Source: Flectonema sp. DT1601
Taxonomy: Eukaryota
Reading direction: 5' to 3'
Length of the DNA stretch: 64,000 nt
Assembly (NCBI GenBank): GCA_964019425.1
Contig: OZ025787.1
Location: forward strand, 124,001 to 188,000
Shown here: piece after piece, positions 23,260 to 36,900 of the stretch
Layout: each line of letters begins with the position of its first letter
How positions within the stretch are numbered: position 1 is the stretch's first letter
Made by a program: the position numbers and the translations under genes
The notes under the pieces: model-generated
What the model was told of the DNA's origin: nothing
The model's input: the letters and a program-made list of their open reading frames with translations, nothing else
The model's database searches: none

Positions 23260-24408
23260 TTAGGTGACGTACTGTACACCAGTTGGAGGTTGTACGATAA
23301 CTGGATTATAATGATCAGCTCCAGATTCTTCTAAGTAGGCGAGCCATACTTCAGGTGCATCTCGACTGTTGTGAGGACGGAGTTTGAGGCAATCTTGACC
23401 AGCGTTTGAAGTTATTATTTTGAAGACCAAACCGTAGCAGTCAGCAGCAGCCTGTAGAGTCATACTGTCACCCCACTTGCGAGTATTCTCCATGTCATAA
23501 CAATAATTCTCAAAAGATGGCTCCTCACAGAACCCAGCGTAGTGGTCACTGTTCTCTCGAAGGTGTTGACAAACTTCCTTTCTAACTTTTTCGTGTTGTC
23601 CTGATTCACCAAAAACATGATACGCGACTGATCTGAATTGACAACAGCCGTCTGCAGCAACGGGAACCTCTTTTAAATTCCTCACTCGTAGGTTCTCAAG
23701 AAGAACTATCTTTCGATTAGTAAGAACCTCACTTCCGTAAACAACTCCGTTACGGTGCGCATCATCAATTTCCTCTTGTGATGGTCCTGTAAAACTGACT
23801 GTCTTTGTTGATTCATTCCTCCAACAAAACAATCCAGTACCTGAGCCATTCATTCCACTGTTACTTCCATTGCTACCGCTACTGGCGCTTCCCAAAGCGG
23901 AGTTACTTCGATCAGAAGAGATTTCAGAGAGTGTCCAACCGTTAACGTAAAGTGGTGGTTCTGGTCCTAAATCATGTTTTACTCCTGATAGTTCAAGCAT
24001 TCTTCGGAGAGGTACTAGAAGTGGTTGGTAGACTTTTGGAAGAATTATTACACGACTGATAAATCCAACTGTCAGAGTCATCTGATTTCCTGAAAGAGAA
24101 ATCTCACGAAAATCAGCTCTCTTTGTATCATTAACTGTGTAAGAGATTGCCGCACTATTACCAGTGTTGCTGAAGGTTGGGAAGAGTGTGATCTCATCAC
24201 CGTCAGCATCGGTGTAACGGATTTCACCATCGAGGATTTTTACTCCATCGACAACCTTTCTCTTTATCAGCCCAACATCAACTGTTGCGTATTCTCCTCC
24301 CACATTTACTTGAACACTCTGCTCATCAGAACTAATTATGATTACTCCCCTTCCTCCACACTCGTAGACTCCTTCCCAACCAAATTCCCAGTCATCGATA
24401 GCAACCAT
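23260..24408 (-). CDS. OTU-domain deubiquitinase
   Basis: VAADGCCQFRSVA (catalytic Asp/Cys), KWGDSMTLQAAAD, WLAY...DHYNPV (catalytic His). Confidence 0.85.
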   Translation of the reverse strand: MVAIDDWEFGWEGVYECGGRGVIIISSDEQSVQVNVGGEYATVDVGLIKRKVVDGVKILDGEIRYTDADGDEITLFPTFSNTGNSAAISYTVNDTKRADFREISLSGNQMTLTVGFISRVIILPKVYQPLLVPLRRMLELSGVKHDLGPEPPLYVNGWTLSEISSDRSNSALGSASSGSNGSNSGMNGSGTGLFCWRNESTKTVSFTGPSQEEIDDAHRNGVVYGSEVLTNRKIVLLENLRVRNLKEVPVAADGCCQFRSVAYHVFGESGQHEKVRKEVCQHLRENSDHYAGFCEEPSFENYCYDMENTRKWGDSMTLQAAADCYGLVFKIITSNAGQDCLKLRPHNSRDAPEVWLAYLEESGADHYNPVIVQPPTGVQYVT

Positions 24409-24909
24409 TCTGTTTGGAGGTTCTGAACTGTGAGAGGAAATATAAGACTAATGGAGTGGTACAAATATGAACTACGAATGGCCGTTTTTCATTTGAATAA
24501 AAAAACAACTTTTGACCGTATGAACTGATTCCTGATGATGATCCAAACATAAGGATCCGAAATGAATAAAAATATTCTGATATACGAAGTGGGATGGATA
24601 ACGAGGGATGATGAGATCTCGTAAAAAAAAAAGACAAAAAAAAAAGAGAAAATACTATTTCTCGTTGATAAGAATACACAGAATATGATAACCAGATTTG
24701 GAGAATTTTTTCCCCCTTAAAGTGCTTTTTTTTTTTTTTTTTTTTTTTTTTTTCTTGTTGCGCAGTGCAAAAGCATTCACAGCCGAATGATAGTCAGTAG
24801 GGATGAGAAATTACAAATACCAACTCCCAATGAAAGTGGATAGATTAGTTTATTAAATTGTTGGCGCTTTCGCCGACGGGGTCATTACTACTTGAAATAC
24901 TACTTCACT

Positions 24910-24968
24910 ACTTAGTTACCCATGGCAACCTCAAACCACTTAGTTACCCATGGCAACCTCAAACCACT
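24910..24968. repeat. Perfect 28-bp tandem duplication spanning the midasin stop codon
   Basis: ACTTAGTTACCCATGGCAACCTCAAACC twice, plus ACT. Confidence 0.95.
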
Positions 24969-27900
24969 GAGCCAATGTATCAGACAATGCACTTGGTAAC
25001 TGTTCAAGACTGTTGACTACGATGTAAAAAGGAAATGGGAACCCATCCATGTAAGGAGTCATTTTAACTTCACCATTTGGGAAGTAATCGATGTCAACCA
25101 TTTGAAGGATCGATCCGTATTCTTTCTTTGCAAGCTGACGTCTTTCTTCTCTCCTGTTTGGAGTTTGTTTCTTATGTCCATATTAGAGAGATGGCATTAG
25201 ATAATGAAAAAACATACTTTTGACGCATCCCAGCTGCTTTTGTCATTCCAGAAACGTCAATCTCATCAACTGCATCCTTCTTCTTTGGTTCTTCGTCGAG
25301 AATTACAAATACGATAAGTTGGTTATTCTCCTGTAAGATTTATTTATTCATTTAATTGGATGACACACAACCGACCTCCACTTACGGCAAATGAAATAAA
25401 GTAATTGTATACCTGAGCTCTGCAAACGAGTCTCTTTATCTCTTCTCTGTACTGTCTTTGAATCTTTCCATCACTGATAACGAACATGAGTTGGAGGAGA
25501 TCAGACGTCTGTCTTGATGAAGGCGGACGCTGCATCTTCGCATTGTCAAGAAGTTCAAGAGATTGTTCCATAAGTAAATGTACATCAGTTTCTTGTTGAG
25601 TAAAGTTAAAAGCACCAAGAGTCTTAGCTGGGCAGTCTAATACTAATGGATCTTCAAACTCTTTAATGAATTTAACATCAGAACCAAACTTAGCCACAGC
25701 AACCTCACCAGCTTCTACTATCGCGAGAGCCTTTGTTAGGACTGCCATGGATTCTAAGGCTGACTTACCAGCATCATTATAAGCCATTGAGGAAGAGTCG
25801 TCAATCGCAACTACTATTTGGTACTCGCGTGTTGCTGGTTTAGTTCTACGCATCCAAATCTTATCTTTCTTGTACTCAGATGCGATGTATCCAATTACCT
25901 TCTTCATGTTGAGTCGTTTTCCTGTTTTATAATCTCCTTTCAAACGATCTGTTTTAGTTGGCTCCAACAGAAGGCGAAGGTGTTGCGCGAGTTCGTGTGC
26001 GAGAGGGTTGACTTTCGATTCCATTTCGTCCCAAAGTGCTTCACCCTTTCTTATAATAGCATTCTCGTCATCTTCAAGCTCTTCACCTTCCTCATAGAAG
26101 TCCTCTACGTCCTCAACTGGCTTTTGTTTTGATTTGGTCTTCTGACCACCAGATTTGCTTTTCTTCTTCTTCTCGCCTTCTTCGTCTTCCTTTTCCATGT
26201 CGACTTCCATTTTGTCTTCGTCTTCAGCAGGGAGCTCGTCGTCCTTGTTGTCGACCTTCTTTTGATCTTCTTCTTCTTTAGTGAAGTCTTCTTCTTCCAT
26301 TTTATCGAGATCTTCATCATCATCGACTGGGGCAGCACCGTACTGCTCAACAGAGGAATCCTTTGGAGCTATTTCAAATTCTGCTGCTTCGGCATCGGCA
26401 TTGTCTTCGTTATCATCATCTCTGCCGTCAGCATCTTCTGCGCGGACCATTTTGTCCTTCATCTTCTCAAACATTTGACCCAAAGCTTTGAAAGGATCAG
26501 CAGCATCTTGTTTCTTAGGTTGTGTGTCTTTACGATCGTCCTCGTTCTCACCTCCATCATCCTTTTGCTGCTCAGTACTTTCATCTTTTTTCTCGTTCTC
26601 ATTCTTGGATTGATTCTTGTCTGATTTCGCGCCCTTCTTCGCAGCGGTCATCGTTTCTCCAGTGGCGGAGTCTTGCATTTGATCTACCGGTGCTTGTTCT
26701 TCTTGTCCTTGTTTAGATTGTGGTTCCTGTTTCTCGTCTTCTTTTTTGCTAGTTTGATCCTCTCCTGTTTTACCATCGTCAATACCTTCGTCTCTTCCCT
26801 TTTGCTCGTCTGGCATGTCAAGTCCGGCAGCCTCGTTTTCATCTTCATTCTCGTGATCACCTTCATCACTGTTGCCGTCTTGGTTTGGATCAATCTCTGG
26901 GTGTTCATCACCATCTTCATCAGAACCTTCTCCATCTTCCTTTTCATTGACTTCCTTTGTTTCTGCGTCTTCAGGTTGGCTGTCTTGACTTCCCTCATCG
27001 TCAGATCCTTCCTCGTTGTCGGATCCTTTTTTCTCTTCCTCTCGTTTGTTGTCTTCATCGACAGTGCTGCCACTGTCGTTGTCACTGTCGTCACCATCAT
27101 CATCGATGTCCATATCCTTAGCAGTTAGATCACCTTCATTATTGTCACTGGCTTGGTCGTCATTCTTTAATTGCTCATCGAGCTTCTTATTATCGAAATG
27201 TTGTTCATCTTCGTTTTCAGATCCTTCGCCGTCTTCGTTGTTGTCTTCGAACTCGTCATCATCGAGATCTTCACGTTTCTGTTCCTTGTCATCTGCTTCT
27301 CTTAAGTTCTCATTGTCTTCAGTCTTTTGCTCTCCTTTTGTTTCTTGTTGGTCATCACCATCGACTTCAGCTTCTTCTTTTGAAACTTCACTTTCGTTTC
27401 CGTCTTGTTCTTCGTCTTTGTTGTCGGGTGCGTCTTCGAGCTGACCTTCAAAATTAGTGCTAACCTCAACACCTTCCTCTTGTTCACCTTCTTCTTGTTT
27501 TTCTTGAGTTTCCTGCTGTTCATCTTTTTCCAAATCTTTTGATGACATGATTTGATCTTCGTTTTCGATCTCTTGAGAAACATCATTTTTACCTTCTCCG
27601 TCATCCATGCCAGTTCCTTCTTGAAAGTCACCAGTAGCATCTCCTTCACCGTCTCCGTCTTCGTCTTCGTCATCCTTTCCACAGAAACCCTTTCTGAGAA
27701 GGGTTCCAAATATTCTGCAGATGATTAAATTGAGACGAGTACTCGCAGCGTGATATTGTATCAGAGATCTAAATATATATTCAATGACGTAATGTGTTTC
27801 AGATATGAGATCCCATGGTAGGTCAGCATCAGGATTCCTCTTTAAATAGTTGGCAACATGATCGATGTCAGAAATTGATACACCAGTAAGTAGTTTATCA

Positions 27901-30900
27901 CAGAGAGTGTTGCATTCAGATATGGAACTTCCCTTTAAGTTTGAAGAACATTCCTTCAACAGATTACATGTCTGACTTAGCTTAGATAAATCAGGTGTAG
28001 ATATGGTAACTGGTCTTCTTGATAACATCGCTGATACGAGGTCACAATTCTTTTCGATTGAATCACAAAGACCAACAGGTAATGATGTCTTTGATGAATC
28101 TTTAATACGATTCGTAACGGAAGTAATACTTTCTAATGTCATTTTGATATCATTTGCGGACTTAGAACGAGCAATCTGATGTCTTGCTGATCGACAGCTC
28201 TCCGATAGTTTTTGAACATAAGAACGATTAGACATGTCTTCTGAATTAACCATTTGATTACTTCCATCAACAGGTAACCCACCATATGTTGCTTCTGTAA
28301 GTGGTGCTGCTTGTAGTAGACAATCAGAACAGATTTCATTAATTTCTGAAAGTAGTGAATCCAACATCATAACTTCAGGAAGAGCCTTCCAGTTGGTTTC
28401 CGCCTTCCGTGAGCTCTCAAATAAATTATTAAAACTTGATAACAAGTTCGCAATGTGTGGAATGACATCTGATCTTTGGATCTTCACAGCAGCTGATAAG
28501 TTTCCAACAGTAAGTTGCATCTGTGCGATATGAGCAGCATTAATATCACCGTGAGGGTTAACAAAGGATTTCATTAGACGACGTTGAGCGTGAACTAAAC
28601 GAAAGAAGTCGCGTTCAGAAGTCAACCACAACAGACGTTCTTGTTTTCCATTTGGTGAGACCCAAACAGATTTTCCTTCAGCTGCTAGAGAAAGATCAAT
28701 TGGGTAGTTGGTACCTTCAAGAGCAGCTCTCTCTCCCCAATTAGTTGGAGCAGTTCTTGTTTGAAGACCTTCACTAGCGAGTGTTTCAAGAAGTAACTTT
28801 AGTGCTCTGGTTTTAATTGTTTTCTTTTCAGTTGCAGGAGGTTGTAATTGTAAAACCCTTTCAGTAATGTTATCAGTTACCTCTGCCATCCTACTAGCGA
28901 TTGCAGTAAGAGACTCAACACAACATAAGTCAGTTTCTTTATTCAGACTGTCAGCTGCATCATCAAGAGCGATACGGAAAGCAGACATCACATCTTCCTC
29001 TTCGATTTCTTTTTGTTTGGCATCTTCTTCAGGTCTTTTTGTTCTTTTGTTTACAAATTTCTTTGGACGTGGTGGAACCATTCCACCTTCGTCTGGTAAG
29101 ACTAACTTTTCATCTAACTTATCATCGTGAGTTACTAACCATGGTTGGAGAGGTTTATTTAAGACATCATCCCAAAGTCTCATCACCTTAGCAATCTCGC
29201 GATGACTCTTCTGAGTTGCTGCTGTTAGCGCGTAGTAGTTGGCGTCTTCCCACTTTTGAATTTTAATAAACTCCGAGAGCTTCTTTCTAATGTCTTTACT
29301 GTCATAGTTGAAGGCAGTTTCAAAATCTTTCTGGAAAGTTGCAAAATACGCAGCAGTGTTGAGGAATATGTTACGTAAAGTCCTACACTGTTGTGAATCA
29401 GTAATACCTCCATCAACAATAGAAAGTGCGAGACGTTGTCCGTGAGCAGCAAGGAGACGAACACGAAGATCAAAATCACCGTAAGTAGCCTGTTCAATAA
29501 ATTGTTTTACTGCTTGGGTTAGACCATCAGTGTTGTCTTCACCACCTGACATTGCTAATTGAACCAAACCCCACAATGTGAATGCATGGCGACATGCTAC
29601 TTCTTCTGCTTCACGTCTTCTAGCATGGAGAAGATGAGGCCAGCAGTGAAGTTCTAATCGTCTCCATCTCAAAACAGTGCTTCCTAAAGCTTTGATGTGT
29701 TGTGCTATTGAAACTCCCTTGTGAGCTGATGTTTCCCATTCATGACACGTCTTTAATACTAATTCAGTTCCCTGTAAGACTTTCATTAAAGGATCAGTAC
29801 GAGGATTTAATAACAACACTCGATCCATTATCTCAAGGAGACGAATGAGAGGTGGATGGTCAGGGAAATCTACAAGAAGCTCCTTAACACGGTGATACAA
29901 TGGAATTAAAACCTTCAGACCATGAGCTGACTCACAAATATCCGGCTGAGCATAAATATTGAATCCAGTTCGAACCCTGTCGGTAACATCATTCGATGGT
30001 GAGTTTCCGACTGCTGACTCATTGCATTTTTTAATTGAGACTATAGACATTGCGATTGGAGGGATGTGAGAAGGATTACAGAGTAATTTGTGAGATGGCA
30101 CATCAGTTCCTACAGAGAGAGCGTCAATAGAATGAGAAACAGACTTCGCTGAGATTATCATGTTACTGCACAGCCTAGACTTTAGAACTGAAGGCTTCAA
30201 TCTTTTTCTAACAATATCTGCTGATGGAGCATCAAGGAGCTCCATTGCGATTGCCTGATCAGGTGCAGGTATTTCAGGAAGAGCATCATCAGCTAGTTGT
30301 TCTTCAGTTGCCATTAACATAGAACGCGCTTTGATTACTTTTCCTTCTTTCTTACTACGTCCTCGTTTCTTGTTATTTTTGTTTGTAGAGTTAACAGGAA
30401 CACTTTCACCACCAACATGGGTAAAGCGGAGCTTGACGGAGTCTGACACCATACAAAGATACTGTAAGACCACATCAAGTAGTTCTCCTTTATCTAAAAC
30501 TTGTCTAACTCGTCTAATGTCATAAGAGAGGACGTCTTCGTCAATCTTTGCGTCAGCTTCGTCTTCACTGGAATGTTCAGACATGTCTTCATCATCATCC
30601 TTCTTCTCTTTGAAATCAAACCCATCAACATATGATGGAAACAACTCCTTCAGAGTTCTCTCAAGTGCTTCGTCGTCTCCTTCGATTTCTGTTTTGTTTT
30701 CCTTCCATTTGAATTGCTGAGCGGCTAAGGCAGCCCGACGTTTTTCTTCTTCTTCGATAACATCCCACAGTGCAACCCACGCTCCATAAACAGCTTCAGA
30801 GTCCGCAAGTGCTACTCTTTGTAAATGTTTTAGGTTTCTGTCTGCTGAACTAATGCCACCTTCAGTAACAGAAGTAAAAGCTAAGGCAGTCTTGTCTTGA

Positions 30901-33900
30901 AAGACACGGAGGAGGTTAATAGTAGAGTTGACAGCACTCCAGTGGTCTTTCTCTGAAGCATCAGGTGAGAAGACATTCCTAACAAGTTCTCTCAATTGTG
31001 GTGTGACATCACTAGTAATTGAAACAGCTGGTAGAGATAAAGAGTTTGGTAGAAGTGATTTCATTAAAGTTAATACTTTATCAGGTGACTTTTGTGTTGT
31101 ACTTAACTTTCTCTTTCTCTTCTTCTTCTCATGACTTACGAATGGAACAGAACGAGTTGCAATAGTAACACCCAGTTCTAATAATGCAACAGATGATCGT
31201 AATGGTGAAGTGATGTCTTCATATCCAACGTACTTATCAACTGATGACGCGAAGTGACGAGCAGCACTTGCGAGAATTTGACTTTCTCTGATAGCAACTT
31301 CCTTATTGTCGTCTCTAAATCTTTGTACGCAGGCACCTAAACGACTTGCAGAAGCAACACTTGTAACAAATTGACGAACCTCCCAAAACAGTGCAGGAAA
31401 TCGGTCAGCCTTGTCGGTAATTTCAACACTTCTACGATGAACAGCTTTGTTTTGAACTCTGCTGAGTTCTTCTTCTAATATTTCACATCGAGATTGCTGT
31501 GACTTCACAACCTCTGAGTCCGCACTGTTCACAACTGATTCAATTTGTATGATATTACTTAAGTATTTGTTTCTTAAAGTACACCACCTTGCTACTGCTT
31601 CAGCCTTGTGTTTGGTACGGACAGCAGGGTCAAGTGGACTGGTAGGTTGTAAGAGGAATAGCCTCCATCCAGCGATGATGAGTAGCGCAGACCCAACATC
31701 GATTCCGTCCTTAATACGGAGTAGGATGTTAGCTGCAGGAATTGCGTAGTCGGAAATCGATTTTTTAAAGACGGCATTAGAGATGAATAAATCTTCTCTG
31801 TTTTTAATCATGTCGACCAACTCTTTGAACTTTTCAACAGTTGGAGTTGATAACAATGAGCCTATCAGTTGTGAAGTAATTTCACTTTCCTGAATGAAAT
31901 ATTTAACAGTCGACGCAAACAATATAAAGCAAGTCGTAGTAATACTTTCCATAACTGAATGCTTTACATCCCATCTTGGAAGATGAATACAAGCTGTTAA
32001 AGCGTTCTTAACAGAAGACATAGTTACTTGTGATGATAGAAGTAATTGTTCTGAAGTGGCTGATGTTAAAATAGTTGTCAATCGAACTAAGTCGATTGTA
32101 GGAGCAGATAGAAGATGACGAGAGTATCTGTCGCTGACTAATATTTTTAAGAAATCATCTTCGACTTCTTCGTCAGCTTCATTCGAATCCCAATCTTGAA
32201 ATGCTATTCTCGCAATCAAACCATCAGCTAAAGGATGCTTTAAGTCGGTTGAGTTCAAGTTACCCTCCGCTGCTAATTTCAAAGGCATACAGTCAGCTGG
32301 AAGCAACCAACTCCTCGCTGACGCCAATCGACAAAGAACACCAAATGCATCTCCTGATGTCGCTGAATGACCTTCACTAAATACTTTTTGAATTAATTTA
32401 ACTGCAGAATTAGTTGTTATAAATCTCCACACATCAACTCCATCGAATGCTGGAGGGTCTTTGGCTATTAATTGTTCACGTTGTTGTGAAGCCTCGATAA
32501 TCATTTCGTGGTGTTCAGCCATTGAAGGAGCAGGGTGACCTCCCTTCTTCCATAAGTGAGGAGAGCGGAGATCACCAACTAAGCTGAAGTGTTGAATTAC
32601 TTTTGCGTCAAATCCACGAAGGGATTTTGCTGCAGATTCAGTCAGCGGCATTTTTGAAACTGAACGAGCCAATCGTAGATATCTGTGAAGCCAACGTAAC
32701 ACGTCAGAGTCGCTGGCAGTCATCGGAATCAAATCAGCGAGTGCACCAGCTGCTCCAGCAGCACTTCTCCAGGCTCCCTTCTTCTCAGAGGGGGAATTGC
32801 TACCGGTAGGTTCTTCTGATTTAAATATCGATGCTTCAGCAAGATCACGTAAAGAACTCAAGATCGTATCACGTAGTAGACTAGACACCTGACATCCTGA
32901 AGAGCGAAGTAATTCAACAAGTGGATTCAAGAATGGAAGAAGAGAGAAACCTGATTCAGCATTAGCAGCTGGTGGAAGAGGAACAACACCAACTTCAGAA
33001 ATATCGATCGCATCTTCAACTGCAGTGATAGATGAGTTGTGTCTAAAAGGGATAGAATCCAATGCCTTGTTTAGTATCTTTATATCATCACATCTTTGAC
33101 TAACTTCATCAGAATGTGACAATCTTGCGACTTGTTCAGCAAACAGCTGCAATGATGTCCTGCGACCCTCAACATCAACGACGTTGTAAAATGCTGCGAG
33201 AGATAATCTTGTTAAACGATCAAAACTTGATACATTCTGATGTCCTATTTGAGAAACTGTCGCGAATGAAACAATCCGAAGTAAATAAAACAACGCTTGA
33301 TCAAATGCTGATGAAGAAGGCTGATGAAACGATTGCCAAATGAATTCCGGATGATACCAACCACCCTGAGCACGACGAACAACGTGTTCTTTTATAAGTT
33401 CATCCAAATGTTGAAGCTCTGAGTCATTTATTTTACTTGATGAAACGCCTCTTAGATAACAGTGAGTGATTGCTGTTCTTAAATGACTAACTGAGTTACT
33501 TGAGTCATTTTGTATCAAATATTGATATAATGCAAAGCATCTCGTTAGAGTATTCATTGAAGGAGCGGAGAGACGTGCTCCAACACGACCCCATTCACCT
33601 TCTTGAGTTGGGTAACATCTTTTTAAATGATGATGATGCCAAGTAGCAAGAGTTAGTATATCACCTCCTTCAGTAACAGAGCTGTTTGATGTAAGAGATG
33701 TGATGTGAGAATTCATTCCACGGATGAAACCTTCAGTTACAGAGCTCTTAGTTGATATGTTTGCAGACGATGATGCGCATAGTGATATTGCTGTAGTCTG
33801 AACAGATTCAACGTCAAATGGAGTTATGAACATTTCCACACCTCTGTTACGCATTGCTCTCGAAACCTCACCATTCTTTGTATCCATTGAGAATATTAAT

Positions 33901-36900
33901 TTAAACTCCGGGTGAGGTGTAATCACTCTTATATTACCATCTGGTCCAACACCACATTCATTCAAAGATAGAACACCTCCAGGTTCAAGAAGACCATTTA
34001 GTCGATCTAATACTGTTGGAGATGCAAAGTTTGCATTATCAAGAACTAACCAATGTCCTTCTTCTAATGCTTTTATAAGAAGAGAATCGTGCCATACAAA
34101 AACACCTCCTTTTTGTTGAAACTGTCCGAGTAGATCAACCGTATCGGTACCTGAAGACATTGGGAATACTGAGACTACAGCATTGCAGATATCTGCAGCC
34201 ATGTCGACTAGAGTACTTTTGCCACATCCAGTTGAACCACATAATAAAACTAAAGAATTAGTGCTAAGAGACGTTATTAAACTTCCAAGTACCATAGGAA
34301 CACCAGGCAGCAGAAGACCTTTCTTGGTGTCTGATGATATTTTCTGGTTGTCGTGAGTGGTGCTTCGGGTTATTGGAAGCCTCCACCCACCCAAACAAAG
34401 CGTGTCATTCTCGACTATCAAAGTTGAGACATCTGTTGTCGGCTTTTCTAAATCACCAAATATAGATGAATACAATTCAGTCACCGCCTGTCTATCTTTG
34501 AGTGTACGAAAACGAAGAACAAATAAGGAATAGCAGCAAAACCAAGGAGACATTCCTTCACGTAAAACGCTACACCATCTGCAAATGTCTCTCAAGTTGA
34601 ACTCCCAAGGACCTCCACATCTGCCGATTAGTTTGTCTTTATTAATTAGCTTGTCGATCTTTTCAATAAAAGTAACGACTCTTTCCAGTAAGTCATCACC
34701 AAGTCCGCCAAACAATGTTCGAGTGATGAGAACTAAATCACTTCTGATAAAAGGTGTGACCCAAACCCTTGTGAATCTGTTGAGGAATGACTTTGGAAGT
34801 CCTTTTCTACCTCCTCCTTCGGCAACGGGGTTTTGACAACCAAAGATTCGAAATCCTGGAGAAGGTTTTATAACTTTATTCAATTCAGGAATGAATAACT
34901 CAGCTCTGTGATCTAATAAAGCGTTAAGACCTTCAAGGACAGATTGTGATGCTAAGTTAAGTTCATCAAGTACTACCCACCATCCGTTAATCATCGCCTG
35001 CAGAAGAAGACCATCTGACCATCTGAAAGCTGGTTCTCCATCAGCGCTAGCAGTTGGGTCTGGTAAGAAGGTTCCAACTAAATCACTCATATCAGTTTGT
35101 TCTGATAAATTAAATCTAACAACAGTCGTACCAAGTGCTGCTCCAAGTGTTTGAACTAAAGTAGTTTTACCAACACCTGGAGAACCTTCTAGAAGTACAG
35201 CCTTTCCATTTAATACCCACAACACTCTTAAGATTGCTGATAAATTATATTGAGTAGTTGGTGCTGTGAATGAATATCTTTTAGCAGTGTCTCCTGCTAA
35301 CTCAGGTGGTGCCATTCCAGATATTTCCCAAAACCTCTTCGAATCGAACTCTTCAACAGTAGCTGGTACTTCACCAACCTGCTTTGCTAAGTATTCATAA
35401 GATCCTTTTCGAATTCCTTTTGCTTGATTTTCACTCATTCCAGTTCCGATAGCAAGACCAGCTAATAAAATAGAATCAACAGCATAAGCATAAGCATAAC
35501 TTGGTGAGAGTGGTACTTGAAGAGGTCCTTGAGGGTCTGATGCGAGACTAGCAAATCTACAAACAGACATCACATCTCTGATTGAGATTTGACGCTTTTG
35601 AATGACCTGAAGATAATTAAGAAAGTCAACAATATTCTCAGCTAAACATTGAACATGTGTATCTAATCTCTTGTGAAGGATGGTAACTAAATCCGGTTGT
35701 TTGCTGAGGGATGTGACGTGTATTTCTGTCATTCGGTTACGTAATGCAGGACTGAGTTCCTTTTTACCAAAATCACCAGAAGGGTTCATTGTAGCCATGA
35801 CTCTAAAGTTATCATGTGCTTTAATAGGAAGTAGTTGTGGATCACCTTTCTCTGGAAGTGTTATTGTTCTGCCAGGTTCAAAAACAGCGTTCAAACGTTC
35901 AAGTACAGCGTCTTCAGCAAGGGATACTTCGTCAAGCATAAAGAGAGAACCATCTCTCATACAGTTGATAAGGGGACCGTCAACCCAGACGAAAAGTTTC
36001 TTCTTCTCTCTCATCTTTGGAGGGGCTGGTCTTTGTGAACCCAAGAAGTCAGCAGTCTCACTGTGTTGATGACAATTTACTATCTGAAGATCTTGACCAA
36101 GAAGATATCCCCACAGCTGACAGACAGTTGTTTTTCCTCCTCCAGTTTCTCCAACCAATACGAATGGTTCTTTGTGATACAAACAAAGACCAACAAGTAC
36201 GAAAAGACGTTTGAATTCTTTTGTTGGAACAATTCTACCTCCACCAAGTTGCTGAAGAACTTCACCACCCTCTTCCATTAACTGAAGGAATCGCTTCCAT
36301 GGATCAGCAAGTTCTGAGTAACCCAAAGGATCGTATCGATCATCAGGACTTGGTAGTGTTAATTTCATCACACCTTCGATTACTTGTCTTACGACTGTTG
36401 CTTCTTCTTCTTTTCTGCATCGATCTCCGAGTAAAAACATTCCATGAACTGCAAGAGACTCGTTAGTGAATGGACCTCTCTCAGCCCATCTGAATAAATC
36501 TCTTGGAGTAATATAACCATGTTTACCAGAGAATACTGCTGAGTTTTGTCTTCGAAGTTGTAGAGTGACCATAACGTCGACCATCTTCTTTGCTTGACTT
36601 GGTGGCATTTGATATCTTTCGCTCAGAATTTGTTGAAGTTCTTCATGAGGGATATCATCAACAAGTATTTCCATAAATCTATTACGCATAGCTCTGCTGA
36701 GCTGCTTTCTACCACCGTAAACTCCTGGAGGGTTTTGAGTCGCAAATAGTCTAAAGTGTGGATGTGGTTTAATAAGTTCCATCGTCTCCGGTATAAACAA
36801 CTCCCTGTTATCATCAAGTAATCTGTTCAACGCTTCAAGAACTTCAGAAGGAGCCAAGTTCAGTTCGTCTAAAATAATCCAATGACCTTCCCTGCAAGCA

